This document shows, in pieces, positions 1 through 9,029 of a DNA stretch of 64,000 bases; position 1 is the first letter of the stretch; each line of letters begins with the position of its first letter. The position numbers and the translations under genes are program-made. Source of the DNA: an uncultured Dehalococcoidales bacterium (GTDB lineage: Bacteria; Chloroflexota; Dehalococcoidia; GIF9; UBA5629); assembly GCA_964485235.1 (NCBI GenBank), contig CAZAIO010000001.1:8657-72656 (forward strand). Reading direction: 5' to 3'. The notes under the pieces are model-generated. The model was not told where the DNA came from. It made no database searches and worked only from the letters and a program-made list of their open reading frames with translations.

Positions 1-1290
1 ACAACTGCTTCACCCTCGATTGCATCTACTGATTATGATAGCTCCGCATGCACCGGATATACCCTCTATAGTCCACCGGGCGGCAATGCCGTCCTGATAG
101 ATATGGAAGGCACTATAGTCAAAACATGGTCTATCGGAGGGATGCCGGTTAAGATGCTACCGGATGGTGAAATAATAGGCAGTAAAAGTACACGGGGAGA
201 ACAACAGCGTCCGGCCGCGCCGGGAGCGAATAGACAACCGCAGGCCCCCTATCAGGATACCATCGAGCTGGTACAGCTGGACTGGGACGGCAATGAGATA
301 TGGTCGTTCTCGGACTGGGACGATGATGGTACAGGTACTATGATGTCGCGGCAGCACCACGATTTTGAGAGAGAAGGCAATCCCGTTGGATATTATGCTC
401 CCGGACAGGAATTCGTAGAATCCGGCAACACCCTGGTCCTCGCGCATAAAAATGAACTGGTCCCGGAAATAAGCAATAAAGAATTAGAAGATGACGTCAT
501 CTATGAGGTCGACTGGAACGGAAACCTCACCGGTTTCGAATGGCATGCTTCCGACCACTTTCAGGAGTTCGGCTTCGATCAGACAGCCATAAATGAGATT
601 TACAGAGCGCCGCAGTTTGATAAAGAGAAAGGGTTTTTCGACTGGTTGCACATAAACAGCATGTCACTGCTCGGCGAAAACCACTGGTATTCCAATACCG
701 GAGATGAACGTTTCAATCCGGCGAACATTATTATCAGTTCCCGCAGCGCCAGCTTCATCGCTATTATCAGCCATGACACAGGAGCGGTAGTATGGCAGGT
801 GGGACCGGACTTCTCATCAGGGACTCCCGGGCAAAATTTGCGACAACTCGTCGGACCGCATCATGCACATATGATTCCCGAGGGGCTGCCCGGTGAAGGC
901 AATATTCTTGTATTCGATAACGGCGGACAATCAGGGTACGGAGGTTCCATGAGTGCTCCACGTTATACAAGATCCTATTCAAGGGTTGTCGAATTCGATC
1001 CGGTAACACTTGAAATAGTATGGCAATACGGAGAACAAAGTGGAGAGGAATATTTCTTCAGCCAGGATATAAGTTCTGCTCAGAGACTTCCCAACGGAAA
1101 CACTCTTATCACGGAAGGCCGTAACGGCCGTATTTTCGAGGTCACCGCGGAGAAAGAGATAGTATGGGAATTTTCGGTTTCGTCCACTGGTAAAAAAGAT
1201 AGTAGTATCTATCGGGCATATCGAATCCCTCCCGAATGGGTACCGAGCAATCCTGCTGACTACAATAATTGGGGAACTTTATATGAATAG
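1..1290 (+). CDS. Arylsulfotransferase (ASST)-family beta-propeller protein, 5' end truncated by the window edge. The reading frame is open from position 1.
   Basis: The frame containing the ATG at 103 has no stop between 1 and 102. ASST-like motifs are visible by eye (TGYTLYSPPGG, ILVFDNGG, NGNTLITEG). The stop is at 1290. Confidence 0.5.
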   Translation, partial: TTASPSIASTDYDSSACTGYTLYSPPGGNAVLIDMEGTIVKTWSIGGMPVKMLPDGEIIGSKSTRGEQQRPAAPGANRQPQAPYQDTIELVQLDWDGNEIWSFSDWDDDGTGTMMSRQHHDFEREGNPVGYYAPGQEFVESGNTLVLAHKNELVPEISNKELEDDVIYEVDWNGNLTGFEWHASDHFQEFGFDQTAINEIYRAPQFDKEKGFFDWLHINSMSLLGENHWYSNTGDERFNPANIIISSRSASFIAIISHDTGAVVWQVGPDFSSGTPGQNLRQLVGPHHAHMIPEGLPGEGNILVFDNGGQSGYGGSMSAPRYTRSYSRVVEFDPVTLEIVWQYGEQSGEEYFFSQDISSAQRLPNGNTLITEGRNGRIFEVTAEKEIVWEFSVSSTGKKDSSIYRAYRIPPEWVPSNPADYNNWGTLYE

Positions 1291-1331
1291 ATTTTAACTT
1301 CACAGAGTACGAAACGGTACAATTTCCTGCC

Positions 1332-1538
1332 TCAGCCGGTCCCCAGCATTTGTTCCATGATGATTATCCCCTCTGTATCGGGCCCGATGTGTGAAATTGC
1401 CCTGTAGGTTTTCGCGTCGATTATTATTCCACCCTCGGGGTCATTGAACTCGTCATCAATTATACGCTGTGCTTCCTCCAACGTTACTGTTTTCGTCTCA
1501 CCACTGCTATGCATATATATTGAAATCATTCTCGTCAT
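1332..1538 (-). CDS. Hypothetical small protein (68 aa), convergent with the ASST gene.
   Basis: ORF only. No recognisable motif. Confidence 0.2.
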   Translation of the reverse strand: MTRMISIYMHSSGETKTVTLEEAQRIIDDEFNDPEGGIIIDAKTYRAISHIGPDTEGIIIMEQMLGTG

Positions 1539-1761
1539 ATGTAGCTCTCTATTATAGACTATATACTTTATTCATTTCCTGCGAATGTTATTATGACAAT
1601 AATCTCTATCCCAGTCCAGAATACAATTAATATAACTCAAAACACACTCTCAACTTTTTGACAAAATCTACACATAAAACTATAATTTACAATGACTTAA
1701 CGGTAAGTCGAATTTTTCCTTTATATGTCTTTTCCGTTTGTCAATGGTATGGCTAAGTGTC

Positions 1762-1778
1762 GTTTACGAATTTCGTAA
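1762..1778. promoter_or_regulatory. Inverted repeat tttacgaa-t-ttcgtaaa inside the 485-bp AT-rich region upstream of the molybdenum-enzyme operon. Candidate operator.
   Basis: Perfect 8-bp arms seen directly in the sequence, about 250 bp upstream of the ATG at 2026. Confidence 0.3.
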
Positions 1779-2025
1779 ATGTAGTTATTTAAATGCAGAA
1801 TAGCAGTTTATTTCTTTTTAAAGAACATAGTATAATAAACACGTTGTCAAATACTCTTAAGTAAAGAAACTATTTTTTTTGTTAAATATTGTCAATCTAT
1901 ATTATCAATATTATTCCTATAAAAACACCTGAACGGTTATTTAGCTGTCCTTGTTCCAGGTAATTTTTATTTTCTCCCTGTAACACTGGGCTGTTGAATT
2001 ATATTTTTTCGGTTAAGGAGGAACT

Positions 2026-2901
2026 ATGATATCAGATTTCGACTACTTCGCTCCGAAGACAGTTGAAGAAGCCCTTGGCCTTCTTTCGAAATACAAGGAA
2101 GAGGCGAAGATCTTTGCGGGGGGGCAATCGTCACTGGTTGTCATGAGGCAAGGATTATTAAAGCCTGACTATGTTATTGATATAAAGGGATTAAAGGAAC
2201 TCGAATATATCAAAAACGATCCTAAAGAAGGTCTCAAGATCGGCGCATTAACCTTACATCGTGACATAGAAAAGTCACCGGTTATAAAAGAGAATTTCCC
2301 GGTTCTCAGTGAGATGGAAAATAATCTCGCTACGACGCAAACGAGGAACTGGGGCACAATCGGTGGCAATATCTGCCATGGTGACCCTGCTGGTGACCCG
2401 GCTCCTGTCTTCACTGCTTTGAACGCAAAAGTAAAGCTGGCAAAGTCAGGAAAAGAAAGAACTATTTCAATGGAAGAATTTTCCAAGGACTATCTGGAGG
2501 TCGACATCGAACCCGGTGAAATGCTTATAGAAATCCAGGTACCTCCAATTGCACCGCACACAGGAGTTGCCTATGAGAAACTCATGGTCATGAAAGGTGA
2601 TATGGGAATAGTCGGTGCGGCGGTATCCATTACCGTGAAGGCCGGAAGCACTGTTTGTGAGAACGCCCGTATCGCGCTGAGCAATGCCGGTTCTACTCCC
2701 ATGAGAGCAAAAGCAGCAGAAAAGATACTGATCGGTAAGGAAATCACCGATACACTTCTCGAGGAAGCCGGAGAGGCAGCTGCTGCCGAAGCAGACCCGC
2801 CGACCGATACGCACGGTTCGGAAGCCTATCGTCGGGAGATGGTAAAAGTATTTGTCAAACGCGTGGGTAAGAAAGCCTTTAAAATGGCCGGGTCGAGATG
2901 A
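2026..2901 (+). CDS. FAD-binding medium subunit of a xanthine-dehydrogenase-family molybdoenzyme (CoxM/CutM-like).
   Basis: A strong RBS (aaggagg) precedes the start. N-terminal FAD-binding-5 motif (AGGQSL) and a CO-dehydrogenase-flavoprotein-like C-terminus. First gene of an FAD / 2Fe-2S / Mo subunit triad. Confidence 0.8.
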   Translation: MISDFDYFAPKTVEEALGLLSKYKEEAKIFAGGQSSLVVMRQGLLKPDYVIDIKGLKELEYIKNDPKEGLKIGALTLHRDIEKSPVIKENFPVLSEMENNLATTQTRNWGTIGGNICHGDPAGDPAPVFTALNAKVKLAKSGKERTISMEEFSKDYLEVDIEPGEMLIEIQVPPIAPHTGVAYEKLMVMKGDMGIVGAAVSITVKAGSTVCENARIALSNAGSTPMRAKAAEKILIGKEITDTLLEEAGEAAAAEADPPTDTHGSEAYRREMVKVFVKRVGKKAFKMAGSR

Positions 2902-2918
2902 TTTCACTGGAGGTATAA

Positions 2919-3404
2919 ATGAAAGATAATTTAAAAGATCTAAAATTCACAGTAAACGGCAAATCATACGAATTTAAAATTAAACCAAGAACATTGCTCG
3001 TCGACCTTCTACGGGACAAGATGAAACTTCTGGGCACGAGAAAAGGCTGTCTGACCAGCTCCTGCGGCGCCTGTACCGTAAATATCGACGGCAGAGCGGT
3101 CCGGTCATGTTCCGTCTTGGCGCTACAATGCAACGGGCGGGAGATTGTTACCATTGAAGGCGTTGCCGACGGCGACAACCTGCATCCGATCCAGGAAGCG
3201 ATGATCAATCATGGCGCAATCGAATGCGGTTTCTGCACTTCAGGCATGATCATGTCCGCCAGAGCATTGCTCCTCGAAAATCCAAAACCTACACGTGAAG
3301 AGGTCAGAACCGCTATTCAGGGCAATCTCTGTGCCGATTCAGGTTACATTAAATACGTCGAGTCGATAGAAATAGCCGCTGAAAAGATGAGAGGAGGGCA
3401 ATAA
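2919..3404 (+). CDS. [2Fe-2S]-binding small subunit (CoxS/CutS-like).
   Basis: Cysteine motifs CxxxxCxxC (GCLTSSCGACTV) and CGFCT, typical of the two 2Fe-2S domains. Length 161 aa. Confidence 0.85.
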   Translation: MKDNLKDLKFTVNGKSYEFKIKPRTLLVDLLRDKMKLLGTRKGCLTSSCGACTVNIDGRAVRSCSVLALQCNGREIVTIEGVADGDNLHPIQEAMINHGAIECGFCTSGMIMSARALLLENPKPTREEVRTAIQGNLCADSGYIKYVESIEIAAEKMRGGQ

Positions 3405-3405
3405 T

Positions 3406-5748
3406 ATGTCTGAACAATTTGGAAATTATAGAATTCTCGGCAAGCCTATGGTGAGAGTCGATGCCCGCCTTAAGGCAACGGGACAGGCAAGGTATGCCAA
3501 TGACCTGGAAAAACCCGATATGTTATGGTGCTGGGTAAAACGTTGCCCTTATCCTCATGCGAGAATATTGAATATCGATACCAGCAAAGCAGAAAATTTA
3601 CCGGGCGTTAGAGCGGTGATTACCGGTAAAGACTTCAACGGTTTCCGCTGGGGCTGGAGCCGTGATACCAGAGACGAAGATCCCCTCGCAGTAACCAAAG
3701 CGCGATATCTTGACGAGGGCGTAGCAGCAGTTGCCGCCATCGATGAAGAGACAGCACAGGAAGCCTGCGATCTGATAGAAGTCGAATATGAAGTACTTCC
3801 CGGCGTCTACGATCCTTTCGAGGCAATGGCAGCAGGAGCACCGCTCGTCCATGACGACCGCCCCGGAAACGTTTGTCTTGAATACCACTGGAATTTCGGC
3901 GATGTCGAAAAAGCATTCAATGAATCATATATCGTCAAAGAAGACAAGTTCCAGACACCCCGTATGGCAAAAGGGTATGTCGAACCGTCGGCAGGACTTT
4001 GCTACTGGCCGGACGACAGACATATCGTTTATGAAGCATCGAAAGGAAGCCCTTACTTCCCTTATCGTATTCTCGCCAACTGCTTCAACTTACCGTTAAG
4101 CAACGTTCGTGTAATTCAGCCTTTCATCGGCTGTGACTTCGGCGGTACAAAGAACGATATGGTCAACGGCGATTTTTCTACTGCTATGCTGTCGAAGATA
4201 ACCGGCAAACCGGTCAAATTCCAGTATACACAGTATGACGAGCTGACCACATGCCTGCGCCGCCATCCCATGTGGATCAACATGAAGCTCGGCGTCGATA
4301 AGAAAGGACTGCTTACTGCATGTAAGATAGACCTGGTCTCAGACGGAGGCGCATATACCCGTATGAGCCCGCTCACCCACTTCCTTGCAGGCATCTGTCA
4401 CGGACTTCCTTATCATCTGCCGAACTATAAATACGATGCAGTCTGTTACTTCACCAACAACTGCAGCTCAGCAGCCATGAGAGGACACGGCATTTACCAT
4501 ACCAGATTTGCCGGTGATATCCTCATGGACATGATCGCTGAAGAAATGGGCATGGACCCCATTGATTTCAGGATGATAAACTCTATTGACAATCCGAAGC
4601 CGGGCACCGTCTACAAGACCATCAATGATGTCACTGTCGGTTCCTGCGGTATGAAAGAATGTCTGGAAGAGCTTAAAGAAGCACGAAGCTGGAAAGCCTC
4701 ACATAAGAAAGATGAAGACAAAGACTACATCGCCTACGGCACTGGCTATGCAGCAGCATGCTACAACGGTGGAACCAAGCTCAGCGCACATAACAGCTGC
4801 GCCGCCATTATTCGCGTATGCGAAGACGGAAGCATCAACTACCTTACCGGCGCAAGTGACGTCGGTCAGGGTTCCGATACAGTCTGCGTCGCTATCGCTG
4901 CGGAAGTGATCGGCGTCGATATCGAGGATATCGATATCAAGAGAGTCGACACGGCACACACTCCGGTCGATCCGGGCAGCTACGGCAGCCGTGTAACCGT
5001 ACTCGCCGGTTCTGCTGCAAAGGTAGCAGCCGAAGATACACGACGACAGCTTATCGAAGTTGCTGCCAGACTCCTCGAAGCAAAAGAGGACGAAGTAGAC
5101 ATTAAAGACAAGAAAGCGTTCCTGATAGCCAATCCCGAGCGGAGCATTCCGTGGATCCGATTGGTCAGAGCTGCCTGTTACGATACTCCGGGCAAGGTCA
5201 TCATAGGCCGTGGCTATTCTACACAGGGTATCTCGGTATACGGTCTTGCTGACTTCAGTAAAGGCGTTGGCGACATCGGTACCAACTACAGCTTCTCGGC
5301 ACAGGCCACTGAAGTTGCAGTAGATATGGAAACCGGTGTAGTCACCTGTACCGATAACAGCATCATGTCACATGACTGCGGTTTCCCGTTGAACCCCATT
5401 GCGGTCGAAACACAGGTACTCGGCGGAGGATACCATCAGGGTATCGCGGCTGCCCTCTATGAAGAGTTCAAGATGGACAACGGGCAAACGATGAACCCCA
5501 ACTTTGTAGACTACAAACGTCCCCGCGCATACGAGGCACCTGCTACCGTAGTAAAACATGTGATCACGCATGACCCGTTCGGCCCGTATGGTGCAAAGGA
5601 AGCCAGTGAAGGTACCACCTGTACTGCACCACCGGCACTCATCAGCGCCATTCACGATGCCACCGGTGTCTGGATCAATGACCTTCCCGCAGAGCCGGAG
5701 AAAGTTTTCTGGGCACTTAAAGCAAAGCGTGACAAAGAAAAGAAATAA
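3406..5748 (+). CDS. Molybdopterin-binding large subunit of an aldehyde oxidase / xanthine dehydrogenase family enzyme (CoxL-like).
   Basis: 780 aa. Its start overlaps the stop of the upstream gene (ATAATATG). Aldehyde-oxidase/XDH a/b hammerhead and molybdopterin-binding regions are recognisable. Confidence 0.85.
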   Translation: MSEQFGNYRILGKPMVRVDARLKATGQARYANDLEKPDMLWCWVKRCPYPHARILNIDTSKAENLPGVRAVITGKDFNGFRWGWSRDTRDEDPLAVTKARYLDEGVAAVAAIDEETAQEACDLIEVEYEVLPGVYDPFEAMAAGAPLVHDDRPGNVCLEYHWNFGDVEKAFNESYIVKEDKFQTPRMAKGYVEPSAGLCYWPDDRHIVYEASKGSPYFPYRILANCFNLPLSNVRVIQPFIGCDFGGTKNDMVNGDFSTAMLSKITGKPVKFQYTQYDELTTCLRRHPMWINMKLGVDKKGLLTACKIDLVSDGGAYTRMSPLTHFLAGICHGLPYHLPNYKYDAVCYFTNNCSSAAMRGHGIYHTRFAGDILMDMIAEEMGMDPIDFRMINSIDNPKPGTVYKTINDVTVGSCGMKECLEELKEARSWKASHKKDEDKDYIAYGTGYAAACYNGGTKLSAHNSCAAIIRVCEDGSINYLTGASDVGQGSDTVCVAIAAEVIGVDIEDIDIKRVDTAHTPVDPGSYGSRVTVLAGSAAKVAAEDTRRQLIEVAARLLEAKEDEVDIKDKKAFLIANPERSIPWIRLVRAACYDTPGKVIIGRGYSTQGISVYGLADFSKGVGDIGTNYSFSAQATEVAVDMETGVVTCTDNSIMSHDCGFPLNPIAVETQVLGGGYHQGIAAALYEEFKMDNGQTMNPNFVDYKRPRAYEAPATVVKHVITHDPFGPYGAKEASEGTTCTAPPALISAIHDATGVWINDLPAEPEKVFWALKAKRDKEKK

Positions 5749-5785
5749 TTCGAGCAGATAACTAACGCTGCACAATGATATGCCG

Positions 5786-5822
5786 ACAGCGCCACTGTTC
5801 CACAGTGGCGCTGTCTTTTTTA
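5786..5822 (+). terminator. Rho-independent terminator of the molybdenum-enzyme operon.
   Basis: 12-bp perfect stem acagcgccactg / cagtggcgctgt with loop ttcca, followed by ctttttttt. Confidence 0.6.
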
Positions 5823-5860
5823 CTTCCTTCACTGTAATCTTTATACTGAAAGGCGTCACC

Positions 5861-6709
5861 ATGCAAAAAATAAGCGAGAATGTTTACGTGGAAACCGGTT
5901 TTACCGGGTGCAATATCGGCTTTATTACTACCGCTTCCGGAGTTGTAATGGTCGACACACCGATGGTCCCCGATGATGCAGCTACCTGGCGCCGGGAAAT
6001 AGCTCCATTCGGGTCTGTCCGTTATCTTGTCAACTCCGAACCTCATCTCGATCATTTTTCCGGCAATCGATACTTTGACGGTACCATAATAGCACATGAA
6101 GGAATAAGAAAAGCAATCATTTCCGCATCACAGGACGAACAAAAGAAACGAAGTAACAGAATAGAGACAGGGAGCATCCCTTCCCGTGAAGTACACTATC
6201 GTCTCCCCGACATTACTTTTTCGCAAAACCTTACTTTTTTTCTGGGCGACCATACTTTTCATTTACTTCATATGCCGGGACATACGGCATTTCAAACGGC
6301 GGTGTATATTCCACAGGAACGTGTCGTTTTCACCTCAGACAATGTATTCTGTCGAGTACAGGCAGTCCTCTCAGAGTCCCTCCCGTTTCAATGGCTGGAA
6401 TCCCTTCAGCGATTACAGGAACTGGAAGCGGATATATATGTGCAGGGACATGGTGAAATCTGCGGCAAAGATTACCTTCCGGAAATGAGCAGATTTATAC
6501 AGGATTGGATCGCTGCCGTATCGGATGCTATCGAGAAGGGAATAAGCCTCGAAGAAGCTTGTGAGACAATAGAATTCTTTGACAGGTATCCCATGCCGCC
6601 CGGCAGCGAATCGGCAAAGAAATGGCTACAGCATAAAAATGTCGAGAGATTATATACAGAATTGAGCAGTAAATTCAACGACTGCCCTGCGCATACGTCT
6701 AATGACTGA
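5861..6709 (+). CDS. MBL-fold metallo-hydrolase.
   Basis: HxHxDH-type motif (EPHLDHFSGN) and a later HMPGHT. The start is moved to the ATG at 5861 because the upstream ORF extension contains the terminator above. Confidence 0.7.
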   Translation: MQKISENVYVETGFTGCNIGFITTASGVVMVDTPMVPDDAATWRREIAPFGSVRYLVNSEPHLDHFSGNRYFDGTIIAHEGIRKAIISASQDEQKKRSNRIETGSIPSREVHYRLPDITFSQNLTFFLGDHTFHLLHMPGHTAFQTAVYIPQERVVFTSDNVFCRVQAVLSESLPFQWLESLQRLQELEADIYVQGHGEICGKDYLPEMSRFIQDWIAAVSDAIEKGISLEEACETIEFFDRYPMPPGSESAKKWLQHKNVERLYTELSSKFNDCPAHTSND

Positions 6710-6829
6710 TAGTAGTCTTTATTCCACCGCTTAAATTTAAATCTTCAATGCATTAATATGCAGTATTTTTAGTCCTGCATTCCATTTACAGGCAGTTATA
6801 CTGATATATAAAACTATCCCTCAACCCCC

Positions 6830-6857
6830 TTGACAATTATTTCAAAATAGCTATAAT
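6830..6857 (+). promoter_or_regulatory. Sigma-70-like promoter: TTGACA, 16-bp spacer, TATAAT. Upstream of padR.
   Basis: TTGACA at 6830-6835 and TATAAT at 6852-6857. Confidence 0.4.
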
Positions 6858-6860
6858 AAA

Positions 6861-6900
6861 GATATATCTTGTTATATCTAGATATTATATGATATATCTT
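6861..6900. promoter_or_regulatory. Candidate PadR operator. Two direct repeats gatatatctt flank a perfect 12-bp palindrome atatctagatat.
   Basis: Seen directly at 6861-6870, 6874-6885 and 6891-6900. The element sits between the -10 box and the padR RBS, as expected for autorepression. Confidence 0.4.
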
Positions 6901-6921
6901 AGGGAATTCATAAAGGAGAAA

Positions 6922-7437
6922 ATGATGTTTAAACATAGACCGGCTCGCGGGGACCGTTTCTTCCATGGATACCGGCATGAAAGCCCTTTCCATAAAGGTG
7001 ATCTGAAATATGTTGTGCTGAACCTGTTGAAGGAGAAACCAAGGTACGGATATGAAATCATCCGTGAGCTTGAGGATTATTCTTACGGTTTTTACAAACC
7101 GAGCCCGGGTGTCGTTTACCCGACACTGCAAATGCTCGAAGAAATGGAATATACCACCTCTGAAGAAAGAGACGGAAAAAAAGTTTATGTAATTACCGAA
7201 GCTGGACTCCGGTTTCTCAGTGAGCGAAGCGATACTGCGAATGAAATCAAACGCAAGATGAGCCATCACTGGAACTCCGATTATTATGATATCTACAGTG
7301 AGATTTCCAGTGAATTCAAAGAACTGGGGAGACTGATGCATCGCCGTGCCCGCTTTTTGGACGCAGACAAAATACAACGAATCAGAAAAATAATTTTGCA
7401 GGCATCCGGTGAAATCGAATCTATTATTAAAGAATGA
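6922..7437 (+). CDS. PadR-family transcriptional regulator.
   Basis: PadR winged-helix signature (LLKEKPRYGYEIIRELE...GVVYPTLQMLEE). The RBS aaaggaga precedes ATGATG, so the start could be 6922 or 6925. Confidence 0.8.
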   Translation: MMFKHRPARGDRFFHGYRHESPFHKGDLKYVVLNLLKEKPRYGYEIIRELEDYSYGFYKPSPGVVYPTLQMLEEMEYTTSEERDGKKVYVITEAGLRFLSERSDTANEIKRKMSHHWNSDYYDIYSEISSEFKELGRLMHRRARFLDADKIQRIRKIILQASGEIESIIKE

Positions 7438-7455
7438 ACGGGCGAAAAAGGACTC

Positions 7456-7659
7456 ATGGCACCGTCAAGAAAAAGCGAAATTTCAGTAGAGTACGATGAT
7501 ACTCTCAAGAGCTACTATGTCATTTATGAGTTAGCCGTCGTAGGGCTGGGCAAAACAAAGCAATCCGCGTTAAAAGATCTGCGAAGTGCGGCACATTTTG
7601 GAATAGACACGACTATAGATTCTCAACTAAAAACATTTGATATAGAAAAGGAGGTCTGA
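7456..7659 (+). CDS. Small UPF0150/HicB-like protein (67 aa).
   Basis: The YYVIYELAVVGLGKTKQSALKDLRSAA segment resembles the HicB/UPF0150 fold. It follows padR after an 18-bp gap. Confidence 0.3.
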   Translation: MAPSRKSEISVEYDDTLKSYYVIYELAVVGLGKTKQSALKDLRSAAHFGIDTTIDSQLKTFDIEKEV

Positions 7660-7661
7660 TT

Positions 7662-7859
7662 ATGGGTTATTTTACGATTCTGGCAGCTATTCCCGGTTTT
7701 TTTCTGAGTTCCCTGTTTTTTATGCTTTTATGGGGCGTTATAGCACCTAAAATAGGTGTGGCGGATATCAACTATGTGACTTCCATGCTTATCACGATAA
7801 CACTCTGGATCGCCGTAGCGCCTCTTGCAGCCGCAGCCGGTAGACGGAGATGGCACTAA
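7662..7859 (+). CDS. Small two-helix membrane protein (65 aa).
   Basis: Strong RBS aaaaggagg 7 nt upstream. Two hydrophobic helices. Lies 2 bp after the previous ORF. Confidence 0.35.
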   Translation: MGYFTILAAIPGFFLSSLFFMLLWGVIAPKIGVADINYVTSMLITITLWIAVAPLAAAAGRRRWH

Positions 7860-8033
7860 ATTCAGCCTGTTAAAAAGTACCGTAAAGCAATTCTTTACTA
7901 TTTGTAGCATCTTCAGGGTACTGTAAATAGTTATCTATTTGTCTTGACACGGTATTTTTAATATGTTATTTTACCGCAATATACCTCGAATCCCTATGTC
8001 ATATATTTTATATGGTTATTAAACCTGCATCCT

Positions 8034-8477
8034 TTGCCGCTCACTATTATGGTAGATTACGAAGGAGATAACGGCTTCAGGCTTGAGGCAGGTCAGGAAT
8101 TGCCTGCCGTACAATATACGCTTGACAGATCGACTGTCGACGCCTATTTGAACGCAGTCGAGGAGTCGTCCCGGATTTATCATGAAACCGATCTCGTACC
8201 GCCTACAGCCATAGCGGCGCTTGCAATGGCGGCACTCGCTGAAGGGACCGAATTTCCCCCGGGCTCCATACACGTTTCACAAAAACTGGATTTCAAACAC
8301 AGCGTACATATCGGCGACACAATTTTCTGTCATTCCAGAATAGGCCGCAGCTACAAACGGGCAGGAATGCACCTTATTACCGTGGAACTTCGTGTGGAGA
8401 ATGCTGAAACACGCGAAGTTCTCACCGGGGAATTATCGTTTATAGCTCCGCAGGAAAGTCGCATTGAAGGAAAATGA
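8034..8477 (+). CDS. MaoC_N / FAS1-like hotdog protein (HadA-like non-catalytic dehydratase subunit).
   Basis: TTG start. Hotdog-fold N-terminal half-dehydratase, immediately upstream of a MaoC dehydratase, matching the split HadAB organisation. Confidence 0.6.
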   Translation: MPLTIMVDYEGDNGFRLEAGQELPAVQYTLDRSTVDAYLNAVEESSRIYHETDLVPPTAIAALAMAALAEGTEFPPGSIHVSQKLDFKHSVHIGDTIFCHSRIGRSYKRAGMHLITVELRVENAETREVLTGELSFIAPQESRIEGK

Positions 8478-8481
8478 ATAC

Positions 8482-8910
8482 ATGGATATTGAACACCCTT
8501 TTTCCGGACTGAAAGAAGGTGACTTCTTACCCGGTCTGAAGAAATATATTACTCAGGAGCGTATTGACCTCTATGCAAAAGCGAGCAGGGACTTCAATCC
8601 CGTACATGTCGATCCGGAGTATGCGAAAAATACACCGCTCGGGGGAACAATTGCACACGGCATGCTCAGCCTTTCCTATATATCCGAAATGATGACGATA
8701 CTGTTCAATAAATACTGGCTCGATACCGGATCTATTGATGTGAGATTTAAAACTCCCGCGCGTCCCGGCGATATTGTTACAGTAAACGGTAGTATCAAGA
8801 AAATAGAAAAGGACAATGATCGAACTTTATTTCGTTGTGATGTGTCATGTATGAATCAAAATGATGAGGTCATCGTAACAGGTGAAACACGGGTGAAAAT
8901 AATAAAATGA
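8482..8910 (+). CDS. MaoC-family (R)-specific dehydratase (HadB-like catalytic subunit).
   Basis: MaoC motif region NPVHVDPEYA...GGTIAHGM. The ATG at 8482 lies 4 nt after the upstream stop, with an RBS gaaggaaaa. Confidence 0.75.
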   Translation: MDIEHPFSGLKEGDFLPGLKKYITQERIDLYAKASRDFNPVHVDPEYAKNTPLGGTIAHGMLSLSYISEMMTILFNKYWLDTGSIDVRFKTPARPGDIVTVNGSIKKIEKDNDRTLFRCDVSCMNQNDEVIVTGETRVKIIK

Positions 8911-9029
8911 GGAACGCTGTTACTCTATCATTGTATGGAAAACGGCCAACTTCGATCAGTCCATAATTCACAGAAATCATTTGTCTACACTGAACGTAAA
9001 ATCGCTTTGAAAGGATAAAGACATTCACC

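Noticed and set aside
5780-5860. A longer N-terminal extension of the MBL-fold hydrolase ORF, starting at 5780.
   Set aside because: The extension contains the strong rho-independent terminator of the upstream operon at 5786-5822. The ATG at 5861 (MQKISEN...) is the plausible start.
7870-7935. AGTACC and GGTACT half-sites upstream of the fab cluster that resemble a FapR box.
   Set aside because: The FapR operator is a contiguous 17-bp palindrome. Here the halves are 37 bp apart, so I do not call a FapR site.
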